Shown in pieces: positions 9,651 to 18,521 of a stretch of 64,000 bases of DNA. Each line of letters opens with the position of its first letter. Position 1 is the first letter of the stretch. The stretch is taken from assembly GCA_038207785.1 (NCBI GenBank), contig JBBQZK010000002.1:17946-81945 (forward strand), read 5' to 3'. The stretch is from Candidatus Limnocylindria bacterium. GTDB lineage: Bacteria > Chloroflexota > Limnocylindria > P2-11E. Both the position numbers and the translations under genes were made by a program. The notes under the pieces were generated by a model. It was given only the letters and a program-made list of their open reading frames with translations, searched no databases and was not told the DNA's origin.

Positions 9651-10489
9651 TTCGGGTACTCGAAGAAGCCCCGCCCGCTCTTCCGCCCGAGCCAGCCTGC
9701 GTGCACGTACTGCTTCAGCAGCGGCGCGGGCCGGTACTTCGGATCGCCGAGGTCGCGCTGCAGGACCTCCAGTACGGCCAGGCACACGTCGAGCCCGATG
9801 AGATCGGCGAGGGCGAGCGGGCCCATCGGGAAGTTGAGGCCCTTCATCATCGTGTCGATCGCGTCCGCGGTGCCGACGCCTTCCGCGAGCGCGAAGACCG
9901 CCTCGTTGATCATCGGCATCAGCACGCGGTTCGCGATGAATCCTGGCGCGTCGTTCGACTCGACGGCCGTCTTCCCGAGCGCCTTCGCGAGCTCGCGGGC
10001 GCGCTCCATGGTCGCGTCATCCGTCTGCAGGCCGCGAATGAGCTCGACGTACCCCATCACGGGAACGGGATTCATGAAGTGCATCCCGACGACCTGTCCG
10101 GGGCGCTTCGTCGCGGCGGCGAGCGTGGTGATCGAGATGCTCGAGGTGTTGGACGCCAGCACCGCCGCGGGCTTGCAGGTCGCGTCCAGCTTGCGAAACA
10201 GCTCCGTCTTGACCGCGGCGTCCTCGAACGCCGCTTCGACGACGAAGTCGACCGTGGCGAGGTCGCTCATCGCGGTGCTGATGCGGATCCGGCCGGCGAT
10301 CTCGGCCGCCGGACGCGGCAGCCTGCCCTTCGGCTCGAGCCGCGCGAGCGATCCCGCGATCACGGCCTGGCCGCGCTGCAGCTGCTCGAGGCCGATGTCC
10401 ACGAGGACGACCTGCAGACCCGCCGTCGCACAGACCTGCGCGATGCCGGCGCCCATCGTGCCCGCGCCGACAACACCGATCTGCTCCAT
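9647..10489 (-). CDS. hbd: 3-hydroxybutyryl-CoA dehydrogenase (3-hydroxyacyl-CoA dehydrogenase, NAD-binding)
   Basis: [19 protein letters not shown]... Rossmann motif and C-terminal 3HCDH domain ([23 protein letters not shown]). Confidence 0.85.
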   Translation of the reverse strand: MEQIGVVGAGTMGAGIAQVCATAGLQVVLVDIGLEQLQRGQAVIAGSLARLEPKGRLPRPAAEIAGRIRISTAMSDLATVDFVVEAAFEDAAVKTELFRKLDATCKPAAVLASNTSSISITTLAAATKRPGQVVGMHFMNPVPVMGYVELIRGLQTDDATMERARELAKALGKTAVESNDAPGFIANRVLMPMINEAVFALAEGVGTADAIDTMMKGLNFPMGPLALADLIGLDVCLAVLEVLQRDLGDPKYRPAPLLKQYVHAGWLGRKSGRGFFEYPK

Positions 10490-11665
10490 CTAGAGCGCCT
10501 CGACCGCGAGCGCAACGGCCTCGCCGCCGCCGAGGCAGAGCGACACGACGCCACGGCGCATGCCCCGCGCGCGCAGCGCGTACAGGAGCGTCACCAGGAG
10601 GCGCGCGCCAGACGCGCCGATCGGGTGGCCCAGGGCGACCGCGCCGCCGTTCACGTTGAAGCGATCCTCGGCGATACCGAGCTCACGTCGGACGGCTTCG
10701 ATGCCCGAGAAGGCCTCGTTCACTTCGTACAGGTCCACCTCGCCTGCGCTCCAGCCGGCCTTCTCGAGCACGCGCGCGATGGCGCCAGCTGGAGCGAGGA
10801 GAAAGAGGTCCGGTTCGTGAGCGAATTGGGCCTGGGCGACGATGCGCGCGAGCGGCCTCGCGCCAAGCTCGCGCGCGCGCGTCTCACCGGCCACCACGAG
10901 CGCAGCAGCTCCGTCGTTCAGCTTCGATGCGTTGCCCGCGGTGACGGTCCCATCGGGCGTGAACGCGGGCTTGAGCGCGGCCAGCGCGGCGAGCGTCGTC
11001 TCGCGCGGCGACTCGTCCTGTTCCACCCTGCTCATGTGGCCCTTGCGACCGGGCACGTCGACGGGGACGATCTCGGCGCTGAAGGCGCCACTGCGCTGCG
11101 CTGCGAGTGCCTTCTCGTACGACCGCAGAGCGAAGCGATCCTGGTCCGCGCGCGTCAGTCCGCTCTTCGCCGCGGCCTTCTCGCCACCGAGTCCCATATG
11201 CCCGCCGCCGTACGCGTCGACGAGGCCGTCGGTGAGATTCGCGTCCTCCATCGAATGCTCCCCGAGCGTGAGCCCCTGCCGCAGGCCGCGGAGCAGATAC
11301 GGAGCGTTGGACATCGACTCCATGCCGCCGGCGACGATGACGCCGTACTCGCCCGCGGCGATCTGCGAGGCGGCCAGCATCACCGCCTTCAACCCCGACC
11401 CGCAGACCTTGTTGATCGTCGTGCACGGAACGCTGCGCGGTAGACCCGCGCCGAGCGCGGCCTGCCGCGCGGGCGCCTGACCGACACCGGCCTGCAGGAC
11501 GGAGCCCATGAATACCTCATCGATCCGTTCGGGTGCCACGCCGCTGCGCTCGATCGCGCACCTGATCGCGATGGCCCCGAGCTGGGGCGCTTGCATCGGC
11601 GCGAGGCCACCCAGGAACGCGCCGATGGGCGTGCGGGCCGCGCCGAGGATGACGCTCTGCTCCAT
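10490..11665 (-). CDS. acetyl-CoA C-acetyltransferase (thiolase II)
   Basis: 391 aa: MEQSVILGAARTPIGAF...NKVCGSGLKAV... (Cys nucleophile), ...NVNGGAVALGHPIGASGARL...CLGGGEAVA. Directly abuts hbd. Confidence 0.9.
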   Translation of the reverse strand: MEQSVILGAARTPIGAFLGGLAPMQAPQLGAIAIRCAIERSGVAPERIDEVFMGSVLQAGVGQAPARQAALGAGLPRSVPCTTINKVCGSGLKAVMLAASQIAAGEYGVIVAGGMESMSNAPYLLRGLRQGLTLGEHSMEDANLTDGLVDAYGGGHMGLGGEKAAAKSGLTRADQDRFALRSYEKALAAQRSGAFSAEIVPVDVPGRKGHMSRVEQDESPRETTLAALAALKPAFTPDGTVTAGNASKLNDGAAALVVAGETRARELGARPLARIVAQAQFAHEPDLFLLAPAGAIARVLEKAGWSAGEVDLYEVNEAFSGIEAVRRELGIAEDRFNVNGGAVALGHPIGASGARLLVTLLYALRARGMRRGVVSLCLGGGEAVALAVEAL

Positions 11666-12078
11666 CAGCGGTCGGCCTCGAGGAGCCGCTGGGTCACGTG
11701 CTCGCGGTAGCTGCGGATCTCGTCGCGGAGGGCCCGGAGCTCGGCGATGCGCCCGTCCACCGAGAGCAGGTGGGCGTCGAGGAGCTCGATGAGCCGCGGC
11801 AGCACGGTCCGGTTGCTTCGTTGCGAGGTGTAGATGCCCTCGAGCTCGTGCATCTCCTGGAGCGACAGGCCAAGGAGCTTCAGCTTGCGGATGAACTTGA
11901 GGCGTCGGACATCGTCGTCGGTGTACACGCGGGTCCCGCCGTCGAGGCGCTTCACCGAATCGAGCAGGCCGAGCTCCTCGTAGTAGCGGATGGTCCGTTC
12001 GGTCATGCCGAGCTTCGCGGCGAGCTCTCCGATGCGATAGCCCACCGTCGCCGGCTTGTTCAACGTCGCTCGCGCCAC
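11665..12078 (-). CDS. MerR-family transcriptional regulator
   Basis: GYRIGELAAKLGMTERTIRYYEELGLL helix-turn-helix with a C-terminal coiled-coil region. GTG start preceded by a GGGGAGG RBS. Its stop overlaps the thiolase ATG by 1 nt, so it is the first gene of the operon. Confidence 0.8.
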   Translation of the reverse strand: MARATLNKPATVGYRIGELAAKLGMTERTIRYYEELGLLDSVKRLDGGTRVYTDDDVRRLKFIRKLKLLGLSLQEMHELEGIYTSQRSNRTVLPRLIELLDAHLLSVDGRIAELRALRDEIRSYREHVTQRLLEADR

Positions 12079-12101
12079 GGCTTGCTTGCCTCCCCGCTTC
12101 G

Positions 12102-12119
12102 CCAGTTCACGTGAACTGG
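12102..12119. promoter_or_regulatory. perfect 18-bp palindrome CCAGTTCACGTGAACTGG upstream of the merR-led operon (candidate operator)
   Basis: Seen directly. It lies about 24 nt 5' of the merR GTG, between the operon start and the 3' end of the convergently arranged M20 hydrolase gene. Zero-loop perfect dyad. Confidence 0.35.
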
Positions 12120-12134
12120 CAGACCCGCGGGATA

Positions 12135-13346
12135 CTAGCCCGCAAGCTCCTGCAGCGCGAGTGCGAGGGCCTGGGCGCCGAGCACCGCGTCATCGAGCGT
12201 CGCGAGCTCGTTCGGGTTGTGACTGCCACCGGTCGACCGGACGAACAGCATGCCGGTCGGCACGCCTGCGAGCTGCGCATTCTCGGCGTCGTGCCCCGCC
12301 CCGGAAAAGAGCTGCGGCGCGTCCACCCCGACCTGCCGCGCGCAGCGGAGGAACAGATCGCGGAGCGCCGCGTCGAGCGGCACGGCCGACACGCGCGACA
12401 GCACGTCGAGCGATGAGCGCACGCCGCGGGCGTCGCCGATGCGCCGGATCGCCTCGCGCACATCGCGCGCGAGCTGTTCGACCGTCCGCTCCTCTCGAGC
12501 GCGCAGGTCGAGGGAGAACACGCATTCGCCGGGGACGACGTTCTTGGCGCCGGGACGCACGGCGATCTCCCCGACGGTGCCGACCGCGTCCGGGAGCGCG
12601 CGCGCCGCCGACTCGACGGCGAGGATCATCTCGGCCGCCGCGGCCAGGGCATCCTCCCGCGCCGTCATGATCGTCGCGCCCGCGTGATCCTGGCGGCCGC
12701 GCACCGTGACCCGCGCGTGCAGGATCCCGACGATGTCGCTCACCACCCCGAGCGGGATACCGCGATCCGCAAGGCGCGGGCCTTGTTCGATATGCAGCTC
12801 GAGATAGGCCGCGAGGTCACCGGGACGGCGCTTCGCCGCGGCGGGATCGCCGGACTCGCCGATGGCCCGCAGGGCATTCGCGATCGTGATCCCCGTCCGG
12901 TCCGCCCGGTCGGCCGCGCCGGCCGGCAGCCTGCCGAACGCGGCCGACGATCCGAACAGGCCGATGCCGAAGCGCGCGCCCTCCTCGTCGCACCAGCCGA
13001 CGATCTCGACGGGCCGGCGAAAGCGCACGCCGTCATCCAGGAGCGCGTCGACGGCTTCGACCGCGCACAGCACGCCGAGCGCGCCGTCGAACCGGCCTCC
13101 CTCGGGGACCGAGTCGAGGTGTGAGCCGATGAGGATCGCCGGACCCGCGTCCCCGAATCGCCCGTACACGTTGCCGGCCGCGTCGCGGCGGATGACCGCC
13201 CCGCGACCGCGCAGCCACCCGCCGATCAGGTCGCGCGCGCGCTGCTCCTCAGGGCTGAGGCCGAGCCGCGTGACGCTCGTGCCGCTTCCGCCGATGGCCG
13301 AGAGCGCGGCGGTGCGCGCCTCGAGCCGCGCGCGCTCGACGCTCAC
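12135..13346 (-). CDS. M20-family Zn-dependent amidohydrolase (allantoate amidohydrolase / N-carbamoyl-amino-acid hydrolase type)
   Basis: 403 aa with AmaB/AllC-like motifs (GSHLDSVPEGGRFDGALGV, GWCDEEGARFG, HAGATIM). Confidence 0.8.
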   Translation of the reverse strand: MSVERARLEARTAALSAIGGSGTSVTRLGLSPEEQRARDLIGGWLRGRGAVIRRDAAGNVYGRFGDAGPAILIGSHLDSVPEGGRFDGALGVLCAVEAVDALLDDGVRFRRPVEIVGWCDEEGARFGIGLFGSSAAFGRLPAGAADRADRTGITIANALRAIGESGDPAAAKRRPGDLAAYLELHIEQGPRLADRGIPLGVVSDIVGILHARVTVRGRQDHAGATIMTAREDALAAAAEMILAVESAARALPDAVGTVGEIAVRPGAKNVVPGECVFSLDLRAREERTVEQLARDVREAIRRIGDARGVRSSLDVLSRVSAVPLDAALRDLFLRCARQVGVDAPQLFSGAGHDAENAQLAGVPTGMLFVRSTGGSHNPNELATLDDAVLGAQALALALQELAG

Positions 13347-13870
13347 ACCAGGTCCAGGGGACGGAGCGCGATCCCCGCGAATACGTCCCGCTCGATCGTC
13401 CGGGCCATCGCCAGATCGGCTGCGCGCAGGTGCGCGAGCGCGGGGTGACGGGCGAGCTGCTCGTCGATGCGCTCCTCGAGCGTGACGACGCTCTGCCCTC
13501 CGCGGCGGTCGGCGTAGTAGACGATCTGCTCGGCGAGCGACCGCGGCGCCGTTGCCGGATCACGCGGCGCGTACACGGGGTGCCGCCGCGCCAGCTCCGC
13601 GAGCTCCGGCAGACCCTCCGCGGCAAGCACGAGCGGACCGAGGACGTGGTGCTCGCGGTCGTCGCCGGACAGCAGCGGGCTCTTCCCGATGTCGTGGAGA
13701 TACCCGCCCAGGCCGACCGCGCGGACATCGAGATCGGCGCCGATCGACAGGTGGGCCTCGGCAAGACAGGTCGCGATGGCGCCGACCACCAGCGAGTGCG
13801 TGCGCAGCCATTCCGGGTAGCGGTAGCGCGCGAAGTATGAGGCGGCGATTGTGGACAACCTTGTCGCTCT
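13343..13870 (-). CDS. HD-domain (HDIG) phosphohydrolase; 5' end uncertain
   Basis: The C-terminal ~175 aa of ORF 13343..14503 hold an HD motif (LGGYLHDIGK...HH). The upstream part of that ORF is antisense to the sigma-factor gene and is rejected. I find no canonical start near the domain, so the 5' coordinate is approximate. Confidence 0.45.
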   Translation of the reverse strand, partial: RATRLSTIAASYFARYRYPEWLRTHSLVVGAIATCLAEAHLSIGADLDVRAVGLGGYLHDIGKSPLLSGDDREHHVLGPLVLAAEGLPELAELARRHPVYAPRDPATAPRSLAEQIVYYADRRGGQSVVTLEERIDEQLARHPALAHLRAADLAMARTIERDVFAGIALRPLDLV

Positions 13871-13874
13871 GTTA

Positions 13875-13903
13875 TTGACAGCGCGCGGAGCACTGGATAC
13901 GGT
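13875..13903 (+). promoter_or_regulatory. candidate promoter (TTGACA-N17-TACGGT) for the sigma-factor gene
   Basis: A TTGACA hexamer in a locally AT-richer intergenic stretch, 17 nt before TACGGT and about 20 nt before the GTG start. Weak -10, low confidence. Confidence 0.2.
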
Positions 13904-13921
13904 GCCGCCGGGGAGCGAAGA

Positions 13922-14524
13922 GTGGATCGGCAGACGAGCGACGAACGCATCATCGCGCACCTCGGATTCGCGAGGGCGGTCGCATCCCGCGCGCTCGACC
14001 CGCGCTGCCGGGGAGCCGACCGGGAGGACCTGATCGCGTGGGGCGTGCTCGGCCTGGTCCAGGCGGCCCAGCGGTATCGCGACGACACCGGCGCGCCGTT
14101 CGGCGCCTACGCCGCGCGGCGGGTCCGCGGTCAGGTGCTCGATGCGCTGCGCGAGCGCGATCCCCTGACCCGCTCCGCCCGCCGCGCGTACCGCGACGCG
14201 CGCGAGCTGGATGCGAATCTTCCACCTCCGGTCGTGGAGGTGTCCCTGGATCGCTGCTTCGAAGCCGGCCTCGAGAGCGTCGACTGGGGCGTGGCGGGCG
14301 CCGGAGCGCCGCGATCGGGCCGAAGCAGGTGCGGCGATGCGCAGTGGCAGCGCGTCGCGAAGGCGCTGCGCCATCTCGCGCCCGCCGAACGAACGGTCCT
14401 CGTGCTTTCGTTCGCGCGCGGGCTCACGCTCAAAGAGATCGGCGCGCAGATCGGTCTCAGCGAGTCGGGCGTTTGCCGGTTGCGGGCCCGGGCGCTGCGT
14501 CACGTTCGCTCACGGTGCGCGTGA
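13922..14524 (+). CDS. RNA polymerase sigma factor, sigma-70 family (group-3 / SigF-FliA-like)
   Basis: 200 aa with region 2 (EDLIAWGVLGLVQAAQRYRDDTGAPFGAYAARRVRGQVLDALR) and region 4 (ERTVLVLSFARGLTLKEIGAQIGLSESGVCRLRARAL). GTG start. Confidence 0.75.
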   Translation: MDRQTSDERIIAHLGFARAVASRALDPRCRGADREDLIAWGVLGLVQAAQRYRDDTGAPFGAYAARRVRGQVLDALRERDPLTRSARRAYRDARELDANLPPPVVEVSLDRCFEAGLESVDWGVAGAGAPRSGRSRCGDAQWQRVAKALRHLAPAERTVLVLSFARGLTLKEIGAQIGLSESGVCRLRARALRHVRSRCA

Positions 14525-14545
14525 CCAGCGGCGCGCGCTGCCCGG

Positions 14546-14953
14546 TCATGCGCGGTCAGACGCGTCGCCGGCTCCAGCGCTGCCGATCGCGTCGCGGAGC
14601 GCGGTCTCGACAGCGGCGAGGCTGAACGGCTTCTCGAGGACCGAATCGGCCCGGAGCTCGAGCGTGCTTCGCGCGAGCGCGGCGCGGTCGCCACTGATGA
14701 CGACGATCGGCACGTTCTGCGTGAGCGGGGAGCCGCGCAGCGCCTGGCCCACCACGATGCCGGACACGTCCGGGAGCATGAGGTCCAGGAGGACCGCATC
14801 CGGGGCGTTCGCCCGCGCCGCGTCGATCGCGTCGCGGCCGGCATACGCGCGGGTCACGTCGTAGCCCTCCTCGGCGAGAAAATCCGCCAGGAGGTCGCAG
14901 AGGTCGCGGTCATCGTCGACGACCAGCACGCGGCGGGGGCCGACCGGACGCAT
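14546..14953 (-). CDS. single-domain response regulator receiver (CheY-like)
   Basis: MRPVGPRRVLVVDDDRDLCDLLADFLAEEGYDVTRAYAGRDAIDAAR...DAVLLDLMLPDVSG...VPIVVISG...EKPF are canonical REC residues. Start at the internal Met by arithmetic. Confidence 0.7.
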   Translation of the reverse strand: MRPVGPRRVLVVDDDRDLCDLLADFLAEEGYDVTRAYAGRDAIDAARANAPDAVLLDLMLPDVSGIVVGQALRGSPLTQNVPIVVISGDRAALARSTLELRADSVLEKPFSLAAVETALRDAIGSAGAGDASDRA

Positions 14954-14975
14954 CGCGCCCGTAAAGTAGGCCTCT

Positions 14976-15341
14976 ATGTCCGATCTCGAGCGCGCCCGGT
15001 TCGCGCGGCTGGTGCGCCGGGCGCTCATGGATCTGCCCCCGGAATTCGGTCAGCGCATGCGCAATGTCGAGATCGTCACCGACGACGAGCCGGATCCCGC
15101 GCGGGTCATGCCCGGGCAGGAGCTGCTCGGGCTGTACGAAGGCGTGCCGCTCACCGAGCGGTTCGACGAGCCGCTGATGCCCGACCGGATCTCCATCTAC
15201 CGTGGACCCATCCAGCGCATGTCGAGCTCACCGCGCCGGCAGGCGCAGATCGTCCGGGACACCGTGATGCATGAGATCGCGCACCACTTCGGGATCAGCG
15301 ACGCGCGCCTGGCCGAGCTCGGGCGCGGCGACGCGGATTAG
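14976..15341 (+). CDS. zincin-like metallopeptidase family protein (DUF1025-type)
   Basis: 121 aa with an HEIAHHFG HExxH motif near the C-terminus. Confidence 0.7.
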   Translation: MSDLERARFARLVRRALMDLPPEFGQRMRNVEIVTDDEPDPARVMPGQELLGLYEGVPLTERFDEPLMPDRISIYRGPIQRMSSSPRRQAQIVRDTVMHEIAHHFGISDARLAELGRGDAD

Positions 15342-16027
15342 TCGACCGCCCGCCGGAATTTCGCCAGCGCCGCGCTCACGCCGTCGGGATCGAGGTACAC
15401 CGCCGAGCCTGCGACGAGTACCGACGCGCCCGCCTCGGCGATCGCCTTCGCGTTGCCGGGCTTGATGCCTCCATCCACCTCGAGCTCGGCGCCTGAGCGT
15501 CGCTCGTCGAGCGCCGCTCGGATGGTGCGCACCCGCTCCAGAGCCGAGGCGATGAACGACTGGCCCCCGAAACCCGGGTGCACGCTCATGACGAGCACCA
15601 GATCCGCGCGGTCAAGGTACGGAATGATGCGGGCGACATCGGTCTCCGGGTTCAGGGTGATCCCGGGCCGCGCGCCGGCGGCGCGGATCGCGTCGAGAGC
15701 CGCGGCCGGGTCGCGGGCCGCTTCGACGTGGACCGAGAGGTACGTGGCCCCGGCCTGCGCGTACTTCGAAATCCACTCGTCGGGCCGCTCGATCATGAGA
15801 TGGACGTCGAGCGGCAGGCGCGTCGCCGCGCGCAGGTCGGCGACCATCTTGGGCCCGAATGTGAGATTCGGCACGAAGTGCCCGTCCATCACGTCGACAT
15901 GGATCCAGTCCGCCCCGCCGGACTCCGCGGCGGCCACGGCGTCGGCCAGGCGCGCAAAGTCGGCTGAGAGGATGGACGGCGCGAGCTTTGGCGTTCGCTT
16001 GTCCCGAGGCATGTGGGCTGGCATCAT
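15338..16027 (-). CDS. rpe: ribulose-phosphate 3-epimerase
   Basis: PSILSADFARLADAV...HVDVMDGHFVPNLTFGP...DVHLMI...VMSVHPGFGGQSF...VDGGI are the canonical Rpe motifs. Confidence 0.9.
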   Translation of the reverse strand: MMPAHMPRDKRTPKLAPSILSADFARLADAVAAAESGGADWIHVDVMDGHFVPNLTFGPKMVADLRAATRLPLDVHLMIERPDEWISKYAQAGATYLSVHVEAARDPAAALDAIRAAGARPGITLNPETDVARIIPYLDRADLVLVMSVHPGFGGQSFIASALERVRTIRAALDERRSGAELEVDGGIKPGNAKAIAEAGASVLVAGSAVYLDPDGVSAALAKFRRAVD

Positions 16028-16067
16028 TGATGTCGCTTCCCCCGCTTTATCCGGAGAGGATCTACAT

Positions 16068-17291
16068 ATGTATAGGCCGCAGAACCTGCGGATCCCCGGT
16101 CCAACGTTCGTCCCTCAGACCGTGCTGAACGCGTCGGCGCGGCCGATGATCAATCACCGCGGGCCCGAATTCGCCGCGCTCATGGCCGGCCTGACGCGCG
16201 CCCTGCAGGAGTTCCTCAACACCGAAGGCGACGTCTTCCTCCTCACGGCCTCCGGGTCGGGGGGCATGGAAGCGGCGATCGTGAACACGTTGTCCGGCGG
16301 CGACCGGGTGCTGCTGTTCGTCAACGGTGCGTTCGGCGAGAAGTTCGCCGCGGTCTGCAAGGCCTACGGCGTTGACGCGCGCCGCGTCGACGTGCCGTGG
16401 GGCCGCGCGGTGGAGCCTGACCTCGTGCGCGACGAGCTCGCGAAGGAGAAGGGGAAGGACGGCGCGAAGGCCGTCCTCATCACCCACAACGAGACCTCGA
16501 CCGGCGTGCTCAACCCGTTGAAGGAGATCGCCGAGGTCGTGCGCGAGTCGGGCAAGCTCCTCATCGTCGACAGCGTGTCCGGCGCGGGCGCGGTCGAGCT
16601 CATGCACGACGACTGGGGCATCGACGTCCTCATCTCAGCGTCGCAGAAAGCCTGGGGCGCGCCTCCCGGCCTCGCGATGGTCACGATGAGCGAGAAGGCC
16701 TGGAAGGCGTACGACCGGTCGAACCTGCCGAAGCTCTACTTCGATCTGCAGACGTACAAGGCCGCGCTCGAGAAGGGCGCCACCCCGGCGACGCCGGCGA
16801 TCAGCGTGTTCATCGGGCTGCAGGAGTCGTTGCGGCTTATGGCCGAAGAGGGCCAGGCCGCCATCATCAAGCGGCACCGCGATCTCGCGTACGCGACGCG
16901 GCGGGGGCTCCAGGCGTTGAACCTCGGCATCTTCGGTGACGAGCGGTACGCGTCGCCCTGCGTGACGGCGTTCCGCATGCCGACCCGCGTCGACCCGCGC
17001 AACCTCATCCGCATCCTGCGCGACGACTACGACACCGTCATCGCCGGCGGCCAGGCACGCATCGAGGGACAGATCGCGCGCGTCGGGCACATGGGCTTCG
17101 TGACGCTGCAGGACATCGTCGCGCTCTTCGGCGCGCTCGAGCCGGCCCTGAAGGACCTCAATCAGCCCGTCGAGCCGGGCCAGGCGATCTCCGCGGTGCT
17201 GCGGGCGCACGCCGAAACGTCGGCACCGCCGGCACGGACCGTCCGCGGCGGTCCTCGGCGCGAGCCCGATGCGGTGGCCGCCCGCCGCTAG
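16068..17291 (+). CDS. class-V aminotransferase (serine-pyruvate / alanine-glyoxylate aminotransferase family)
   Basis: MYRPQNLRIPGPTFVPQTVLNA... with a GGAGAGGA RBS 9 nt upstream. SASQKAWGAPPG contains the PLP-binding Lys. The 5' 615 nt of ORF 15453..17291 is antisense to rpe and is rejected. Confidence 0.85.
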   Translation: MYRPQNLRIPGPTFVPQTVLNASARPMINHRGPEFAALMAGLTRALQEFLNTEGDVFLLTASGSGGMEAAIVNTLSGGDRVLLFVNGAFGEKFAAVCKAYGVDARRVDVPWGRAVEPDLVRDELAKEKGKDGAKAVLITHNETSTGVLNPLKEIAEVVRESGKLLIVDSVSGAGAVELMHDDWGIDVLISASQKAWGAPPGLAMVTMSEKAWKAYDRSNLPKLYFDLQTYKAALEKGATPATPAISVFIGLQESLRLMAEEGQAAIIKRHRDLAYATRRGLQALNLGIFGDERYASPCVTAFRMPTRVDPRNLIRILRDDYDTVIAGGQARIEGQIARVGHMGFVTLQDIVALFGALEPALKDLNQPVEPGQAISAVLRAHAETSAPPARTVRGGPRREPDAVAARR

Positions 17292-17305
17292 CGACACCGC
17301 TCGTT

Positions 17306-18157
17306 TCACCCGAGCGCGCGAAGGCGCGGCAGGAGCTCCCGCGCCGCGAGCTCCCCGAGCCTGACCGGGTCGGGACCGGCGAGCATGACGATCTGCTCGG
17401 TGAAGCCGGCCTTCAGGTAGGTCTCGGCGACCTTCAGGGACTCGTCGACCGTCGTGAGCCGGAACTGCACCGAGCGGCGGACCGCGTTCGGATCGCGGCC
17501 GACCGCACGGCAGTGCTCGTCGAGCACGTTCGACAGGGCGATGGTCTTGTCCATCTCCCCGGCATTCGAGTTCCACACGTCGCCGTGCCGTGCGACGATC
17601 TTGAGCGTCCGCCGCGGGCCGGAGCCCCCGATCCAGATCGGCGGATACGGCTTCTGCAGGGGCTTCGGCTCAGCGATCGCGTCCGTCAGCGCGAAGTACT
17701 TCCCTTTGAAATTCGCGCGCTCGTGCGTCCACAGACGCTTGATGACGCGCACCGCCTCGCCAAAGCGCCCGAGGCGCTCGCCGAGCGGCGGGAACTCCAT
17801 GCCGAGCTGCGCGAACTCCGGCTCGTTCCATCCGGCGCCGATGCCGAACTCGAGCCGGCCGCCGGAGAGGTGGTCGATCGTGGCGCCGATCTTCGCGTGC
17901 ATCGCGGGGTGCCGGTACAGACTTCCCGCGACCATCAGCCCGATGCGCACGCGCTTCGTCGCCTCGGCCATGGCGGCGAGCATCGACCAGCCCTCGAACA
18001 CCGGCTGCGTCGGATCGTCGCCGAGCGCAAGCAGATGGTCAAAGCCCCAGAGCCCGTCGAATCCGGCGTCGTCGGCGATCTTCCAGACCGCGCGATGCGT
18101 CGGGACGGGATGGATCTGCGGCGAGAGCTTCAGTCCGATGCGGAGCGGATGCGCCAT
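17306..18157 (-). CDS. LLM-class (luciferase-like) F420-dependent oxidoreductase
   Basis: 283 aa with the typical LLM N-terminus (IGLKLSPQ..., FDGLWGFDHL) and GSGPRRTLKIVARHGDVWN. Confidence 0.8.
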   Translation of the reverse strand: MAHPLRIGLKLSPQIHPVPTHRAVWKIADDAGFDGLWGFDHLLALGDDPTQPVFEGWSMLAAMAEATKRVRIGLMVAGSLYRHPAMHAKIGATIDHLSGGRLEFGIGAGWNEPEFAQLGMEFPPLGERLGRFGEAVRVIKRLWTHERANFKGKYFALTDAIAEPKPLQKPYPPIWIGGSGPRRTLKIVARHGDVWNSNAGEMDKTIALSNVLDEHCRAVGRDPNAVRRSVQFRLTTVDESLKVAETYLKAGFTEQIVMLAGPDPVRLGELAARELLPRLRALG

Positions 18158-18209
18158 CGGCCGAGCCTAGCGGCGACCGCGAACGAGCGGGTCGTATAGT
18201 CCTCGCCTC

Positions 18210-18521
18210 ATGGAAGCAGCGCGCTTCGAGCGCACGGTCCGCACCGAGTCGAGCGAGATCTTCGCCATCTACGGCGGCGCCCGCCGCGTCGGACGCGTCG
18301 ATCTCCATTACGGCCGGTTCGAGGTGAACGCGACCTTGCTGCTCGAAGTGGAGCTCACGGACGACGAGCTGCAGCAGCTGATCGATCAGCTCGACGAAGA
18401 GCTCGTGCAGACGCACGATCCGGAGCGCGAGGACTTCCTCGTGACCGTGTTCAAGTCCGAGGAGCTCGGCTTCTACTCCGATGAGTTCGAAGAGGACGAC
18501 GAGGACGAGGACGAGAGGTAG
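18210..18521 (+). CDS. hypothetical acidic protein
   Basis: 103-aa ORF with ATG start. Its C-terminal FEEDDEDEDER tail is antisense to the poly-Ser tail of the convergent epimerase ORF, so one of the two tails is probably not translated. Confidence 0.4.
   Translation: MEAARFERTVRTESSEIFAIYGGARRVGRVDLHYGRFEVNATLLLEVELTDDELQQLIDQLDEELVQTHDPEREDFLVTVFKSEELGFYSDEFEEDDEDEDER

Noticed and set aside
13871-14503. N-terminal 210 aa of ORF 13343..14503 (minus)
   Set aside because: It is antisense to the sigma-factor gene, which has clear region 2 and region 4 motifs. Only the C-terminal HD-domain part is kept.
15453-16067. 5' extension of ORF 15453..17291
   Set aside because: It is antisense to rpe. 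The aminotransferase has a clean ATG with RBS at 16068.
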